DNA of 64,000 nucleotides from Octopus sinensis. Its lineage: Eukaryota. A program made the translations under genes and the position numbers. The stretch lies in contig NC_043001.1 in NCBI RefSeq assembly GCF_006345805.1, positions 132,556,001 through 132,620,000 on the forward strand, in the 5' to 3' direction. Shown one piece after another: positions 1-13,478 of the stretch. Position 1 is the stretch's first letter. The number at the start of each line of letters is the position of its first letter. The notes under the pieces are model-generated. The model saw only the letters and a list, made by a program, of their open reading frames with translations, was not told where the DNA came from and made no database searches.

Positions 1-1984
1 GCATGTTGTGTGAAGTGCTTCAAAGAGGAACTTTTAGTCAACTTTGACATTTTTTTTTAATTTTAAAGACTAGTGAATGTGTTTAAATATACAGTAGCTG
101 ATATTGTGGTGACATGAACAAGCTGGCCTGTGATAAAAAAAAATATTGTTGTTCACAATAATAGAATGGGTAGAAGACAAAGAGACAAAATGGTATTTGA
201 TACAAAAAGAAAAAAAGAGAGAGAGAAAGAGAGAGAATCACAAATAATGAGAGAAGCATATTGAATGTGATAATTATCAAAGAGTATACAAATTAGCTGT
301 GTGTGGCAGTTGGCAGTTTTATCACTTCCATGCCTACAGAAGAATTTATTTTTCATTTTGTTTTTTTATGTTTTTTTTTTCTTTTTTTGTCTTTTTACTT
401 GGCTGCTTCTTGTCACAAAAGAAGACAACATTAGATTAGGTGTAAAACATTCAAAATCACTATTAAAAGTTAAGTATATTGTCAAAGAGAGGAAGCTGGG
501 ATATGAAAGCATCATGCATGACATTTTCAAGAAATTGACCCCCAGGAATGTGCATTATTCACACCACAAAACAAGCCAGTTTGTCAAAATAGTTGTCAAT
601 TTCTATAACATTGATTAGTTGCAGCAGAAAAGAATCATAATTAATATAGATAATAAACCTCATTAGTACTAAATGTTCTCATTCGCATTATGGTTTTCGT
701 GAAATAAAAGATGATTTGCAACAGCAATCACTTTACAAAAGATGAAACTTGAATAGTTTATGATAATATGTTACTCTGAAACCTTTAAATGTTTTGGGTT
801 ATCTAAGGCTCTAAGCTTTCACTACACTAATGAAATTACTGTTATCATCTAGGTCAAACGGTATTAAGTTTTCTGTAATAGAGAAACAAGATTGTATCCT
901 TTTCAAACATTGAGGTTATTATCAAGTATAGTTATTTACCGTTACTTGGAGAAGAAACTGTGAGGAAACTATTTAGTTTCCTTTCAGTCACAGCATTCTT
1001 GTAAAATGTTATAATGATAAACAAACTAAAGGTTAATTAAATACATGCATACTTAGACCATATGTACGGGTAGCTAAAGTGGTAAACAACTATTTTCATT
1101 TCACTCATTCTTATAAATTATCTTAATGATTTGACTTATCAATAGATTTGAATTCAGAACATAAACAATCAGAGTAAACATTGCAAAAGCATTATTTTTG
1201 TCTGATGTTCTAATGATTTTTGCCATTGAATTACAAAATATTCAGCCCAGTTTCACTTCTTTGTTGAAATGATTGAATTTTATAGAGATGATTTGATGAA
1301 AGCATTATTGTCACACAGGTTAATTTGTCTACAGACTTTTGCAATTTTACCAAAGTAGGTATGAAGGATCTTGCGTGAAGCCCTAATTACTACTTAAACT
1401 AATAAAGGAGCTGCTACATGGTCACTAAATCTGCTAGAAATAGCAACCAAATCTGAAATCACAGCTTACAATCTTTATAATATAGATATGCCTGGTAAAA
1501 AGAAAAACAAACTGCTGGCCTCAATTAGAAATCTTTTCAACACAAATCTACTTTATTAGGACAGACCAAACCAACAATTCTTGTCTCTACATCCTCCCAT
1601 GCTAAACCCATTAAATTAATACTGAAGCAGCAATCATTAACCTACTAAATCTATCAATAAGTCTAATTATTAAGATAATTTATAAGAATGAGTGAAATGA
1701 AAATAGCAGTTTACCATTTTAGCTACCTATACACATAGTCTAAATATGCATGTATTTAATTAACCTAAGGTGGTGAGCTGATTGAATCATTAGCACACTG
1801 GGCAAAATACTTAGTGGCATTTCATCTGTCCTTATGTTTGGAGTTCAAATTCTGCCAAGGTCGACTGTGCTTTTCATCTTCTCAGGGTTGATAAAACAAG
1901 TACCAGTTGAATACTGGTGTCAATGTAATCGACTTACCCCCTGCCTTGTGCCAAAATTTGAAACCAGTATATTATTTAAATATG

Positions 1985-2300
1985 ATGCCATGATAGATCA
2001 TTAGCCACTACACACATTTTTTTTCTCTCCTTGTTTTCTGTGTCCCTTTCTGTAGAAGGATTTTGTGTGAAGCCCTAATTACTACTTAAACTAATAAAGG
2101 AGCTGCTACATGGTCACTCAATCTGCTAGAAATAGCAACCAAATCTGAAATCACAGCTGTAGAAATCTTCTGTAGAAGAGCGTAGGCTCGAAATGTAAAA
2201 GACTTTTTCTATTCTTGAGCGTTATACTAATACATCTGTTTGTTTTGTACACCACCTATCTTCGTCTTTTGTTGTTTTTTCGTAAACTCTCCCTATATTA
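1985..2300 (+). mobile_element. Penelope-like pLTR remnant with a disrupted hammerhead (CTGTAGAAG...AGCGTAGGCTCGAAATGTAAAAG)
   Basis: Same family as 22405-22615. The core has A6U and a 104-bp insertion. Confidence 0.6.
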
Positions 2301-2618
2301 TTTAAATACTTGCTTACATTAATTGTAATAAAGTACCAAATATTGAAAATATTTTTTTACATTAGCATCTAACCATGGATGTAAAGCAGGCTGAACCAAT
2401 TACCTGCCACATGCTTGGGTACCTATTTTATTGAACCTGGAGAAATGAAAAGCATAGTAGACAAGTAAATACTATAAAGAATTCAATCTATGCATCCTAT
2501 TGTTTTTTTCCACTCCGATGATTTTTCTATAAATCGTTATAGCATAAATTTCTAATATAAGGTCAATAATAAAAGTTCTAAACCTAAACTACAGTCTAAC
2601 AAAACATGTTAATCCAGT

Positions 2619-2847
2619 TTAATCCTCTAGCATTCAAACTGGCCATATCAGACCCAAATATTCTATATGCTTTATGATCAAACTGCCTAGATCCAACCTC
2701 TCAAACCTATCTTACAATGCCATTCTAAAAACAAACATTCACATCATTGAAATCTTAAAGCTGAGAGACTAATGCATAATTAATTCAAAACAATGTAAAT
2801 AAATAAGTATTACATTTGACAGAGTAATTTGAATGCTAAAGGATTAA
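2619..2847. mobile_element. piggyBac-type MITE; partial relative at about 62570-62660
   Basis: TTAA at both ends with TIRs TCCTCTAGCATTCAAA / TTTGAATGCTAAAGGA. Confidence 0.75.
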
Positions 2848-3508
2848 GAAACTCTCCATATGAATGTATCAGGCAATTGAAGACAAAGACCTGATCAACT
2901 GAAATATAGTTTTTTGATGTAAACACACAGAAAAAATCTTAATCATGTAGAACTTTATAATTATTAATGCTATTAAGTTCAAGTCATCAAGAAAGTTTGA
3001 AGAGATGTTATAGGATTCTATTGCACCCTCTTTCATAGGATAAGGAATACAGTAGTGCTTTTCCGTTAAGAAGAGACACAGAGACCTCAAACACTCACTG
3101 CAGCTACCATTACTTAGACCCTAAATTAATTTGTCACCAGATTTACATACAATTTACTGTGTTTGAGACCTTCATCAAACTTACATGGGCTCTTAATGTC
3201 TTATCAGTTTTATGACAACATGCTGTTGAGAATATCATTAAGTGTTTCATTATCCCCAAAGATGACATATAAGGGACAGTTGCATTTCAATGATATAAGA
3301 ATCTAAACCTAAACTAATCTATATACAATGGCTACAGATCACATGATACATATGATATCAAATCTCCTTACAGACATATATTGCTGACTGACAAAAGTAG
3401 ATTCCATTCCAGCTCCATAGTTCAGAGGTTAGAGGTAAGTATTATACACATCTGTAAAATCGGTCAAGAAAAACCATGTCACACATGAAAGTATGGTATA
3501 AAGCAGTA

Positions 3509-3559
<51 letters not shown>

Positions 3560-4877
3560 TGTGTGTGTGTGTGTGTGTGCGTGCACACACATGCATGCAT
3601 GTGTACACATGTGTGCATGCATGCTTGTGTATGTCAGTTCTAAACTTTGTTTTGAACCTAGGACTTGTTTCAGATCAAGGAATTTTTTTTATAAAAAAAT
3701 GTTGGAATTTTGCCAAATATACGATGGCATCATCAAAAATCTAACCAGCAAAATTGTATGTAAACAAAAACCAGATTTTTGCTCATCAAATAATGACATC
3801 GTCACACCTCTGTCCACTGTCCAATCAGATTTGTTACGGAGCTTATACAAGAAGATTATTTTAAGGACAAAGGTAATGAGAGTCAGGAACTAAATGATAT
3901 GAGCTTTGCAGCTCACACGACTTAGCTTCTGACTCATCAGGTGAAATTCTTGTATTCAGCAGGGTCATCACACGTACTACTTGCAAAATGATGACCTATC
4001 AAAAGACTATCATGGCTAAACTTTCTGAATGGTATACAAATGAAAAATTACCTTCAATATTTTTAATAGTGCAACTCACTTGATAATGAGTCAGGTCTCA
4101 TGTAGCTTGCTTTTCAACAAAGATTGTCTATTCCTGGTCTATACTAATACTGGTTAAAATCTTTAGCATTTGTACATTCACCACTTCTACAGAAATATTC
4201 TTGTTTGTTTTTTCTGTAAACACACATATTTAACCATTATGAACAAAACTTTTCTTTTCTATTTTTCCCTTTTGCTCTGCTGGATGGCTAGATCTTGTAT
4301 TATCTTAGTAACAATAAATGCCTTATGAAAATCTGGATATTAACTCATCTTCACTTCACTGACCTTAGCTCTTACCCCAATGTTATACTGATGATTCTGA
4401 CATGATGAATAGACAAGAGTACATGCATTTGTATCAGGCTCTATTCAATATCAAATAATATTTAATAGAGCCCGATATATTATGAGAGCTGATACTCACA
4501 TCCATTCATTTCTTTATTAATGTTAACCACCATTTCATTTCAACCTATTGTTACATAAATATATTTTTACAAAATATTAAAATCTTGCATGTGTGCCATT
4601 TAGAATGCATCAATTAATGTCTAAAATTTACAAACTCTAAGCCTATTTAAGGTTTTCCAAATATTTATTGAATAGCATAAATTATTGTTATAATATAGGC
4701 TCCAATGTAATCTGTGTTCATCCACTGTATAGGACAAATCAACTTGACAAAAACTAATCTTTCCTTAAGCTATACCAAATAGAAAGAGAGCAGTTATGAA
4801 AGATACAAGGCTAGGTGAGAGGGAGTAAGAAATTTTTATTGGATTTATTAAAAATGTGGTGGAAAGTTTGATTTTAA

Positions 4878-5200
4878 TCATCATCATCATCATCGTTTAA
4901 CGTCCGTTTTCCATGCTAGCATGGGTTGGACGGTTCAACTGGGGTCTGGGAAGCCAGAAGGCTGCACCAGGCCCAGTCTGATCTGGCAGCATTTCTACAG
5001 CTGGATGCCCTTCCTAACGCCAACCACTCCGTGAGTGTAGTGGGTGCTTTTTACGTGCCACTGGCATGGGGCCAGACGAGGCTGGTAACGGCCACAATCG
5101 GATAGTGCATTTTATGTGCCACCGGCATGGAAGCCAGTCGGGGTGGTGCTGGCAACGGCCACGCTCAGATGGTTCTCTTACGTGCCATCAGCACTGGTAT
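4878..5200 (-). mobile_element. RTE 3'-UTR-only copy; further copies at about 9855-10250, 22262-22410, 38795-39150 and 63295-63535
   Basis: (CAT)n-CGTTTAACGTCCG...CATGCTAGCATGGGTTGGACGG...GGATGCCCTTCCTAACGCCAACC closely matches the 3' end of 55342-58950. Confidence 0.9.
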
Positions 5201-5349
5201 CACAGCTACAATTTCCATTTAAGATTTTAAAAATAAATTATATGGTTTGCACCACTCTTCTCCCTCCAGGTTTGATCCTTACAAAAATTATTTTTTTAAA
5301 TCTTAAAATCAAGCTTTCTACCACAACATAAGTATTACTCCATTTTCAA

Positions 5350-6030
5350 TAAATATTCAATAAAAATCACACCTAACCTTGAATCTATCATAGCTGCTCT
5401 CAATAGTCGCAAACTCTGAGGCCAGTCCATTGAACATATGAATCCTTATATAGCACCCCAATCAGATCCAGACAATAATAGTACCACAGCTATTAATAAC
5501 TCTCCTAGGTTAAGTAATTCTAAATTGATGACAGTATCCTGCAACCCTGATTACCAAATAGTGTATACCCGTCCCAACATAACCATTCATCCCAATTCTG
5601 TTATAAATTCCAACTTAGACCCTCCCTTACTGACATCAAATCAACATAACTTCACCTCACTAGGATGGTGCTTTAACTATCAAGCAAATGGAAATTCCTG
5701 TAGCTGTCACACATCCAATTTATGCCCACTCAAGGAATTTTGTTTACATAAAAATGTGATATATAAATGCACTGTGATGACACCCCACAACCACCAGTAG
5801 ACTTTATGCATATTGTGCACATTTCAATTCTTTTATTAACTCAAAAAGCAAATGTTTTACTTCACTAGCTACACATATCTGTAATCTCAAAGCTCAAAAT
5901 ATACAGTACAATAGTTATGGAAGCTCACACTCCCCTTATAATTTATATATGGAGTTTTGTATCTTTGTCAGAAATCACCTCCTTCTTCAGAAGAAGAATT
6001 TAAATAATTAAACAGAAGAGAATGAATGAA
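5350..6030 (+). mobile_element. Decayed Penelope-like element, GIY-YIG region
   Basis: CSCHTSNLCPLKEFCLHKNVIYKCTV matches the PLE C-x-C...CPL-x-G-x-CL...VIYKA-x-V motif. Downstream TSLATHICNLKAQNIQY resembles T-x-LS-x-HIW-x-LK-x-x-NI-x-Y. Confidence 0.7.
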
Positions 6031-6341
6031 TGAACATATGTAAATACATCTTTACATTATGGGTTCAAATTCCATCAAAGTCGACGTTGCCTTTTATCTT
6101 TTCAGAGTTAATAAAATAAGTACCAGTTGAACTCTAGGGTTGATGTAATCGACTACGTGCTTTACTCCAAAATTGCTGGCATAATGCCAAAATTTGAAAT
6201 CATTAATTCTAAGTAATATGAATTACTAACCAAAGATGAAACAAATGAATTACAACAGATATCACAAATACACAATCCAGGACACTATACTACCTTTTAT
6301 TTTTACAAACTCTCTCATTTAATACAGTGTATAATTGTTAC

Positions 6342-6498
6342 CTTGATCAGTTGGCAGCTCTGCAATTTGTCCATCAACAAATGATAGCTTTGATTCATAA
6401 AAATCTTGTAGTTTTGTCATGTCTTCCTGAAGCTTTGTTCTATTGTTTCTTTCTTCCTCATATTTTGCTTGAATTTCAGCAAAATGCATTTCATATTC
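6342..6498 (-). CDS. KIF17: Internal coding exon of a KIF17/OSM-3-like kinesin-2, 157 nt, phase 0 to phase 1: EYEMHFAEIQAKYEEERNNRTKLQEDMTKLQDFYESKLSFVDGQIAELPTDQ(G)
   Basis: Acceptor ttcaatttctttgaatgcAG and donor G|GTaaca. The coiled-coil peptide aligns by eye with human KIF17 EYEERLARLKADYKAEQESRARLEEDITAMRNSYDVRLSTLEENL. Confidence 0.82.
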
Positions 6499-7059
6499 CT
6501 GCATTCAAAGAAATTGAACTAATCTTCAGTTTTCCTGTACATCTTTTCAAACATTTTCAGTCAACAAATATCAATTTAACAATTGTTTTAAAATATAAAA
6601 CATTTATTTAGTTTATTGAATTTAATAATTCAAACTTATTTAACTGTATTCTTACTATTTCCATTTATTTAATTTTATGAATTTAAAAATCATCTCAATA
6701 CAAACAATATAAAAATCGTTCATAATTAAAAATATCTTAATAAAAGAGATGAAAATAAAAGCAAAACTCTGGTGAGTATGACCACAAAAATAACCAAATA
6801 CATTTCCTGAACGTTTTGAAATTATCACATGATATTTACATATAACAAACAAGTTAAAAATAATAGCAATTACATATTTTTCCTTTGTTGGAGCAAGTTA
6901 GGCTTACAGCTGTTTCCAGTAGTCACTATAGTACATTACTGATAAGCTTACTCAATTGGTCTATTGATCTATTTAGCAAAATTGAACAACCTAAGGAAAA
7001 AAAATAATGCTACTTTCATCAGAGCCAGAAGTGTGTGTGTGTGTGTATACATATATATA

Positions 7060-8198
7060 TATATATATAACACCCTAATGGGGGCCTTAACTCCCAAATT
7101 TTAGTCATTTCTTTTATGATCCAAAACTAGGTCAAAAGTACTGAATGGATCTTTATTAAATTTGGAAATTATATTCTATGCATAAGGGCCATAACCCTCA
7201 TGACAATTCATATATTTTAGCTGTTGATAAAATTTTAACCATAGATATTAGACACAAATGAAGTAATATTTATAAAATTTCATCTTCTTACAAGTGAGAA
7301 AGAACTTAACGCCCACAATTTTGTCATTTTATCTAAGCAAAGACGAATACAGTTGTACTCTTGGAAGCTGTAGCATTACCCAAGCATAAAAGATGAGCAT
7401 TATTTGTAATTCAATGGTACAACAGTGTAACAGTTTGCTTTGACATACACTTACATAGTGATTTCTGCAATGTGCTGCATAAATTGTAAAGTAAATGAGA
7501 GGCATCTTTGCCTCCACTGATTCAGTTGCAAAGTGTTGAGTAAAGTTATTTGAATCCAGACCTCCTTTCAGTCTTTTTATTATCACCGGGTCACACATAG
7601 TCCCCAGATGGTAACATTGATTTCAAGGCCTTCCCAGATGAGTGACTGGTTATTTAAAGACATATATAGATTGTAAATTTATACTGTCCAGTTATATATC
7701 AGTATAGTGTTCATTTGCAAACTCCAGAGGTAACACTTTCATTTCTTCTTAGCCCTCACGTCACACAGTTGCTAATGTTTATTTCAGTTGGGTCACACCC
7801 TTCCAATTGTTATAGATTTGTAATGCATCTTATGGCTGTGCCTGTCACCTGGATGGTGAGGAATCCTACATTGGGAATGGTAACAACTAGGGTAGGGTAG
7901 CTGACTGCTTATTGTGATCATTCTTTTTTTGGTTTCCTGTAGCTTTGCTCTTTTTTAGAAACCCAGTGAACATATATTTCCTATTTCAAAGAAATTCAAA
8001 CAATAGATATGAGACCCAAGTTAAAAAGATTCTCAAAAATTCAACAATTTTTTAGGGTGTGTAAAGAGGGAAATAACCCTCATCTGCAATTTTTATGAAA
8101 TTTGAAACATAGATATTCCAGTTCATTACAGAAATATAACAGAAAAGTCTAATTCTTTAATTGCATGTAACACGGGCAACGCTGGGTATCTTTGCTGG
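7060..8198 (+). mobile_element. Probable older non-autonomous Helitron (5' boundary uncertain)
   Basis: 3' end ACGGGCAACGCTGGGTATCTTTGCTGG|T resembles the 28021 end (CTRR); internal GAATGGATCTTTATTAAATTTGG resembles the Helitron-type CCGATT.TGATGAAA.TTG motif. Confidence 0.5.
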
Positions 8199-8450
8199 TA
8201 ATACATATAAAGCAAGCTGATATAGCTGTATGCATAATATATCATCTGCCAAATACCACAAAATATGATGGAAAATTTTATTCATATAAATATATATATA
8301 TATAAATATATACATACTTTATTTAAAGCATATTACTCTACCGCTGGTATTGAGTACTCTTTTTTCCACCTTGTTTCACATTTATGTGTTTACTCCGGTG
8401 TAAATATATACATATATACATATATATACATATATTACATATACATATAT

Positions 8451-8494
<44 letters not shown>

Positions 8495-8496
8495 TA

Positions 8497-8537
<41 letters not shown>

Positions 8538-8975
8538 CACATATATATATACATACATACACACACATGCACTGCTGTTTATATTAATTATATATATACA
8601 CATTAGCAAATTGCTAAATCATCCAATTATATGGATCATGAAAACATAAATACTAAATACATATACGCATAAATAACATATGCAGGCAGACAATTCTATG
8701 AAGAAACATCTACGGAAATGCCAGACCTGGGAATTCACAGTGCACATGAAGGCAACACAGTGCAACAGGCGCAACCTCGGAATCTCCAAGGTCATCCTCA
8801 TACACCAAAGCAAACCAACCATCACAACAGAAGAGAGTTACAGGAAGCTAGCTAGTAACTATAGCAACAACTTTCCATGCATGTCCACTCCACACACACT
8901 TACACACATGCACATCTGCAACATTCATTAATTTCTTGAGGATGGAGTCATAACCCCAAAATATTGAATGCAAGG

Positions 8976-9446
8976 CTGTTGGCATCCTTTTTGTCTCGGG
9001 AGACAATGGAGTTGTGCATAAAGTAGTCTAGTCCGGCTTTTACATTTCATGTCCTGATACATTTCCTGCTGTGGCTGTGTAGTCCTATCCTGGACAAACA
9101 CTCCCTCTGGCAGGTACCGCAAATGTAGTGAAGACTGTTCCTGGCTGGTTGTAGTGTCATAGTTTCTTGTTGACGTCTTTTCTTGTCTTTCCATTTCTCC
9201 TCTCTCTCTCTGTCACTCCTTTGTATTCCCTCTTTACGGTACGTCGCCAGTCTCCACGGTTGCCGGCAACTGCCTCCCAACCGCTAATATCGATGTTGCA
9301 GGCCTTCATGTCCCTTTTGCAAACATCCTTGTAACGTAAGAGCGGTCTACCCACAGACCTAATACCCCTAGCAAGCTCGCCGTAGAGTATGTCCTTGGGG
9401 ATTCTGCCATCTTTCATACGGCTAACATGCCCAAGCCATCTCATAC
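8976..9446 (-). mobile_element. 5'-truncated copy of a second RTE family, candidate 6-bp TSD GCAAGG; another copy at about 44455-44805
   Basis: MRWLGHVSRMKDGRIPKDILYGEL...GRPLLRYKDVCKRD and a C-terminal CGTCQRECLSRIGLHSHSRKC motif. GCAAGG occurs at 8970-8975 and 9447-9452. Confidence 0.9.
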
Positions 9447-10496
9447 GCAAGGTAAGTCTACATTAATTCATATATTTGTTTTCTTGTGATTTGCCTTGCT
9501 TTTACTTCGCATTGTTCTGGCCTTACCCATGATCCTTCATAAATACTAATGGCGAAGTGAGCCCAGAAAGAGCCAAAGTTGAGCTGTCGTAAGTGATGAG
9601 GCAACAAAAATTGCTGAAATGTCACTATAAGGAATTCTCAATCAGCACTTTCCTGATGATTATGATCCCTGTCAGAATATATGTTTTTATTCATGTGCAT
9701 TAACTACATACAGTATTAGAGTGGTTTACCCCTTATTTCTAACAATGTAGATGTTTCATAACACCCTAGTCACATTAAGTGACATTTGTAAATCACTTTT
9801 TTGGTGAAACATTGCACACTGCTATTTATATTTATTTCATATATATATATATATCATCATTATCATCATCATCGTTTAACGTCCGTTCTCCATGCTAGCA
9901 TGGGTTGGACGGTTCGACTGGGGATCTGGGAAGCCAGAAGGCTGCACCAGGCTCCAATCTGATCTGGCAGTGTTTCTACAGCTGGATGCCCTTCCTAACG
10001 CCAACCACTCCGTGACTGTAGTGGGTGCTTTTTAAATGCCACCTGCACAGGTGCTAGGCGAGGCTGGCAATGGCCATGATCGGATTGGTGCATTTTACAT
10101 GCCACCGGCACAGAAGCCAGTCAAGGTGACGCTGGCATTGGCCATGATTCGGATGGTGCTTTTTACGTGCCACCGGCACGGAAGCCAGTCAAGGTGGCAC
10201 TGAGCATCGGCCATGATTCAGATAGTGCTTTTACATGCCACCGGCATATATGCACCCTTAGGCTATAGGAAAAGGCACATGCCCAAGATGCCTTGCAATG
10301 GCATATGTATGTATATACTTATTTTGATCTTAGCTGAAATATTTTATTTATCAAGTCTTTATCATTGTAGTGTACTTCTGTGTTTTCAGTTCTTAGAAAA
10401 TAAAAAATTAATCACTATTAATTATTATTTCCACATTAGTACAAATTACAAATACAGTATAATAATGATGAAGACTAGGTAAATCAAGATGATGAA

Positions 10497-10527
<31 letters not shown>

Positions 10528-11098
10528 ATGATGATGATGATGAGGTGATGATTTACAAAGTCCTCATTATTATTGTACTTTATTTGTAGTAATGTGGAAA
10601 TAATAATTAATGAAGATAAATTATTTTCTAAAAGCTGAGCATTGATAATTTTAAGTGAAACACAATTTTCATTGAATGTACAAGTTTTCAACATTGCATC
10701 TATTCAAGACTTTACCATTTTAATTAGAGAAATATGAAAATTTGAATAATTACTAGATTAGATTTAAATCAGATAAGCTAAATATATGATTGGTCTTTTG
10801 AACTTAAGCAACATTTTTTTAGCCAAAACTCTTGATAAATGACTTTACAAATAATAATTATAAAAGTGCAGGTTGATAAGAATTAACTAAATATTCTGCA
10901 ATGCTAAATGCTTAAGATTAGATTAGGCAAATTCTAATATTGCCATGAGAAGTAAGACTGAATTGCCATTTTTAATGTGTTTAAAACATCCATATAAGCA
11001 AACAGATGGAAAATGAAAGTAAAACAATGGTGAAAGACTAATAAAGAAAAAAACTGACTTAATCTGATAAGCTCTGACAAGTTCCAAGAAGACACCAT

Positions 11099-11155
<57 letters not shown>

Positions 11156-11403
11156 CGTGTATGTGTGTGCGTGTGTGTGTATGTGTGTGTGTATGTGTGT
11201 GTGTGTGAGTGTGTGTGTGTGCGTATGTGTGTGTGTGTATGTGTGTGTGTGCGTTGTGTGTGTGTGTGTGTGTATGTGTGTGTGTGTGCTTTACAATTTA
11301 CAGTTAACTTTAGAACATTTCAAGAATTTTAATTCAAAGGAACTGTTTCAGTTGGAGGACAATATATTTGATGTATTATTGTGTGGAAACACATAGTCTG
11401 AAT

Positions 11404-11787
11404 GGAAGCACTCCGTCGGTTACAACGACGAGGGTTCCGGTTGATCTGAATCAACAGAACAGCCTGCTCGTGAAATTAACGTGCAAGTGGCTGAGCACTC
11501 CACAGACACGTGTACCCTTAACGTAGTTCTCGGGGATATTCAGCGTGACACAGAGAGTGACAAGGCCGGCCCTTTGAAATACAGGTACAACAGAAACAGG
11601 AAGTAAGAGTGAGAGAAAGTTGTGGTGAAAGAGTACAGCAGGGATCACCACCATCCCCTGCCGGAGCCTCGTGGAGCTTTTAGGTGTTTTCGCTCAATAA
11701 ACACTCAAAACGCCCGGTCTGGGAATCAAAACCGCAATCCTACGACCGTGAGTCCGCTGCCCTAACCACTGGGCCATTCGCCTCCAC
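11404..11787 (-). mobile_element. tRNA-head SINE flanked by a 41-bp direct repeat
   Basis: Head GTGGAGGCGAATGGCCCAGTGGTTAGG...GGTTTTGATTCCCAG (A and B boxes); near-identical to 13479-13870. Confidence 0.92.
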
Positions 11788-12082
11788 TATATTTGATGTA
11801 TTATTGTGTGGAAACACATAGCCTGAATATGTGAATACTGAAAAGTAAGTATGGCAAACAAACACAAGACTTTTACTGTATTGATACCCAATAGCTAGTG
11901 TTACTTAAGTTAACAGGAAACAAAATGGTTAAGAGATTTTATAATTAAAACTTCACAGGATTGCATATTCACAGATTATGTAGTTAAATAATCTTTCCAT
12001 ATTTACTATGAATGTAAAATCTACACTGCATCTGACATTCTAATGCCAAACAATATGCCAAATGATAATAATAATAATAATA

Positions 12083-12347
12083 CACCATCCTTAAACAACC
12101 CTTATTAGGGACCTTTTGAGTGGGATGGGTTACTTGACCAGAAGGAAATTCTAACTGGGCCCCACCTGCAAGGTCATGTGCTGTTTATCTTGATATGAGA
12201 TCACCATGTCCGCGCACATATGGTTGTGATGCATGTGCCTAGTGTACCCTTATCAGACTGGTAGTCATGATGGGTATACTGGGTTTCGTATATTTTACCC
12301 CAGTGTCACTTTGATGGCATGCACTGCTCTCTCACTCAATAATAATA

Positions 12348-12388
<41 letters not shown>

Positions 12389-12940
12389 GCCCTGATGCAG
12401 TATCAAACAGTGGCTCTCATGGCTTCTGATCTTAACTGATTGGAAGTGTTATCATGTACATTGTTTGTCTTGGTATAAAAGATGGGCTACAGCAAATATT
12501 CTGCTCAATACCACAGATTTGCTTGTCAGTTGTTTGACCATAACCAGTTGGCCATGTCCCTTAGTGGCTGACGATATGTGCATCTCTGATCATGATCAGA
12601 AGTAGTTGGGGAGCATCATAGCCGTGTGTTGGAAGGAATTCTTAGAAGTTTGGATAATTCACCTTTGGAAACATGGGTGGTTTGTTCAACATCCTTAAAC
12701 AATCCTTATCCAGGGACCTTTTGAGAAGGATGGGCTACTTGACCAGAAGAAAATTCTAACTGGACCCCACCTGAAAGGTCATACACTATTTATCTTGATA
12801 TGAGATCACCATGTTGCACACATATGGTTGTGATGCATGTGCCTGGTGTACCCTTATCAGACGGGTAGTCATGATGGGTATACTGGGCTTCATATATTTT
12901 ATGCCAGTGTCACTTTGATGGCATGCACTGCTCTCTCACT
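12083..12940. mobile_element. About 550-bp unclassified interspersed repeat in 1.5 head-to-tail copies embedded in (AAT)n; fragments at about 43585-43630 and 45395-45540
   Basis: 12083-12340 repeats 12688-12940; (AAT)n tracts at the junctions. Confidence 0.75.
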
Positions 12941-12941
12941 C

Positions 12942-13002
<61 letters not shown>

Positions 13003-13084
13003 ATAAATAGATGGAAAGAAAAGATAGAGTAAACTGTCTAAAGGAAAATCATAGTAAATGACAAGAAAAAATGAGAACAAAGAT

Positions 13085-13478
13085 GAAGGGAGTGTGGTGG
13101 TGATGGTGGTGGTGGTGGTGGTGGTGGTGGTGGTGGCAGTGGTGGCCATAGGAATCACAATGATGGCAGTATATAGCAGCCACAGCCACAGCAGCGGCAA
13201 GAGTGGTAGAAGCAGCAGCAAAAGTGGCAAGGGTGGCAGAAGCAGCAGCCGAGGTGTAAGCAGTGGCAGCAGCAGTAGCAGTAGAAGCAGCAACAACAGT
13301 GGTAGTGCCGATTGCAGTGGTAGTGGCAGTAGTGGGGAAAGAGAAGACAGCAGCAGCAGCACTGGTGATAGCAGAGACAGCAACAACAGTGGCAGCAGCA
13401 GTGGGAGCAGTGGAAGTGGTGGTAGCAACAATAGCAGTGGCACAGGCAGCAGTGATGGCAGCAATACTAGTAATGTCA
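13085..13478. repeat. Cryptic (GTG)n/(GCA)n/(AGT)n trinucleotide low-complexity tract, continuing at 13871-13950
   Basis: Degenerate triplet repeats open on both strands. Confidence 0.85.

Noticed and set aside
2869-3090. ORF with LCLFLTEK resembling a Penelope GIY-YIG C-terminus
   Set aside because: The similarity is only a few residues long.
4080-4213. Minus-strand exon-like segment (AG ... AA|GTGAGT) as the next kinesin exon
   Set aside because: Stops in all three frames and no recognisable KIF17 similarity.
8265-8649. YIYI/CVCV/HTHT ORFs here and throughout the ORF track
   Set aside because: Microsatellite translations.
9447-9458. AAG|GTAAGT donor-like site at the RTE junction
   Set aside because: Coincides with the TSD boundary on the antisense strand; no matching acceptor context.
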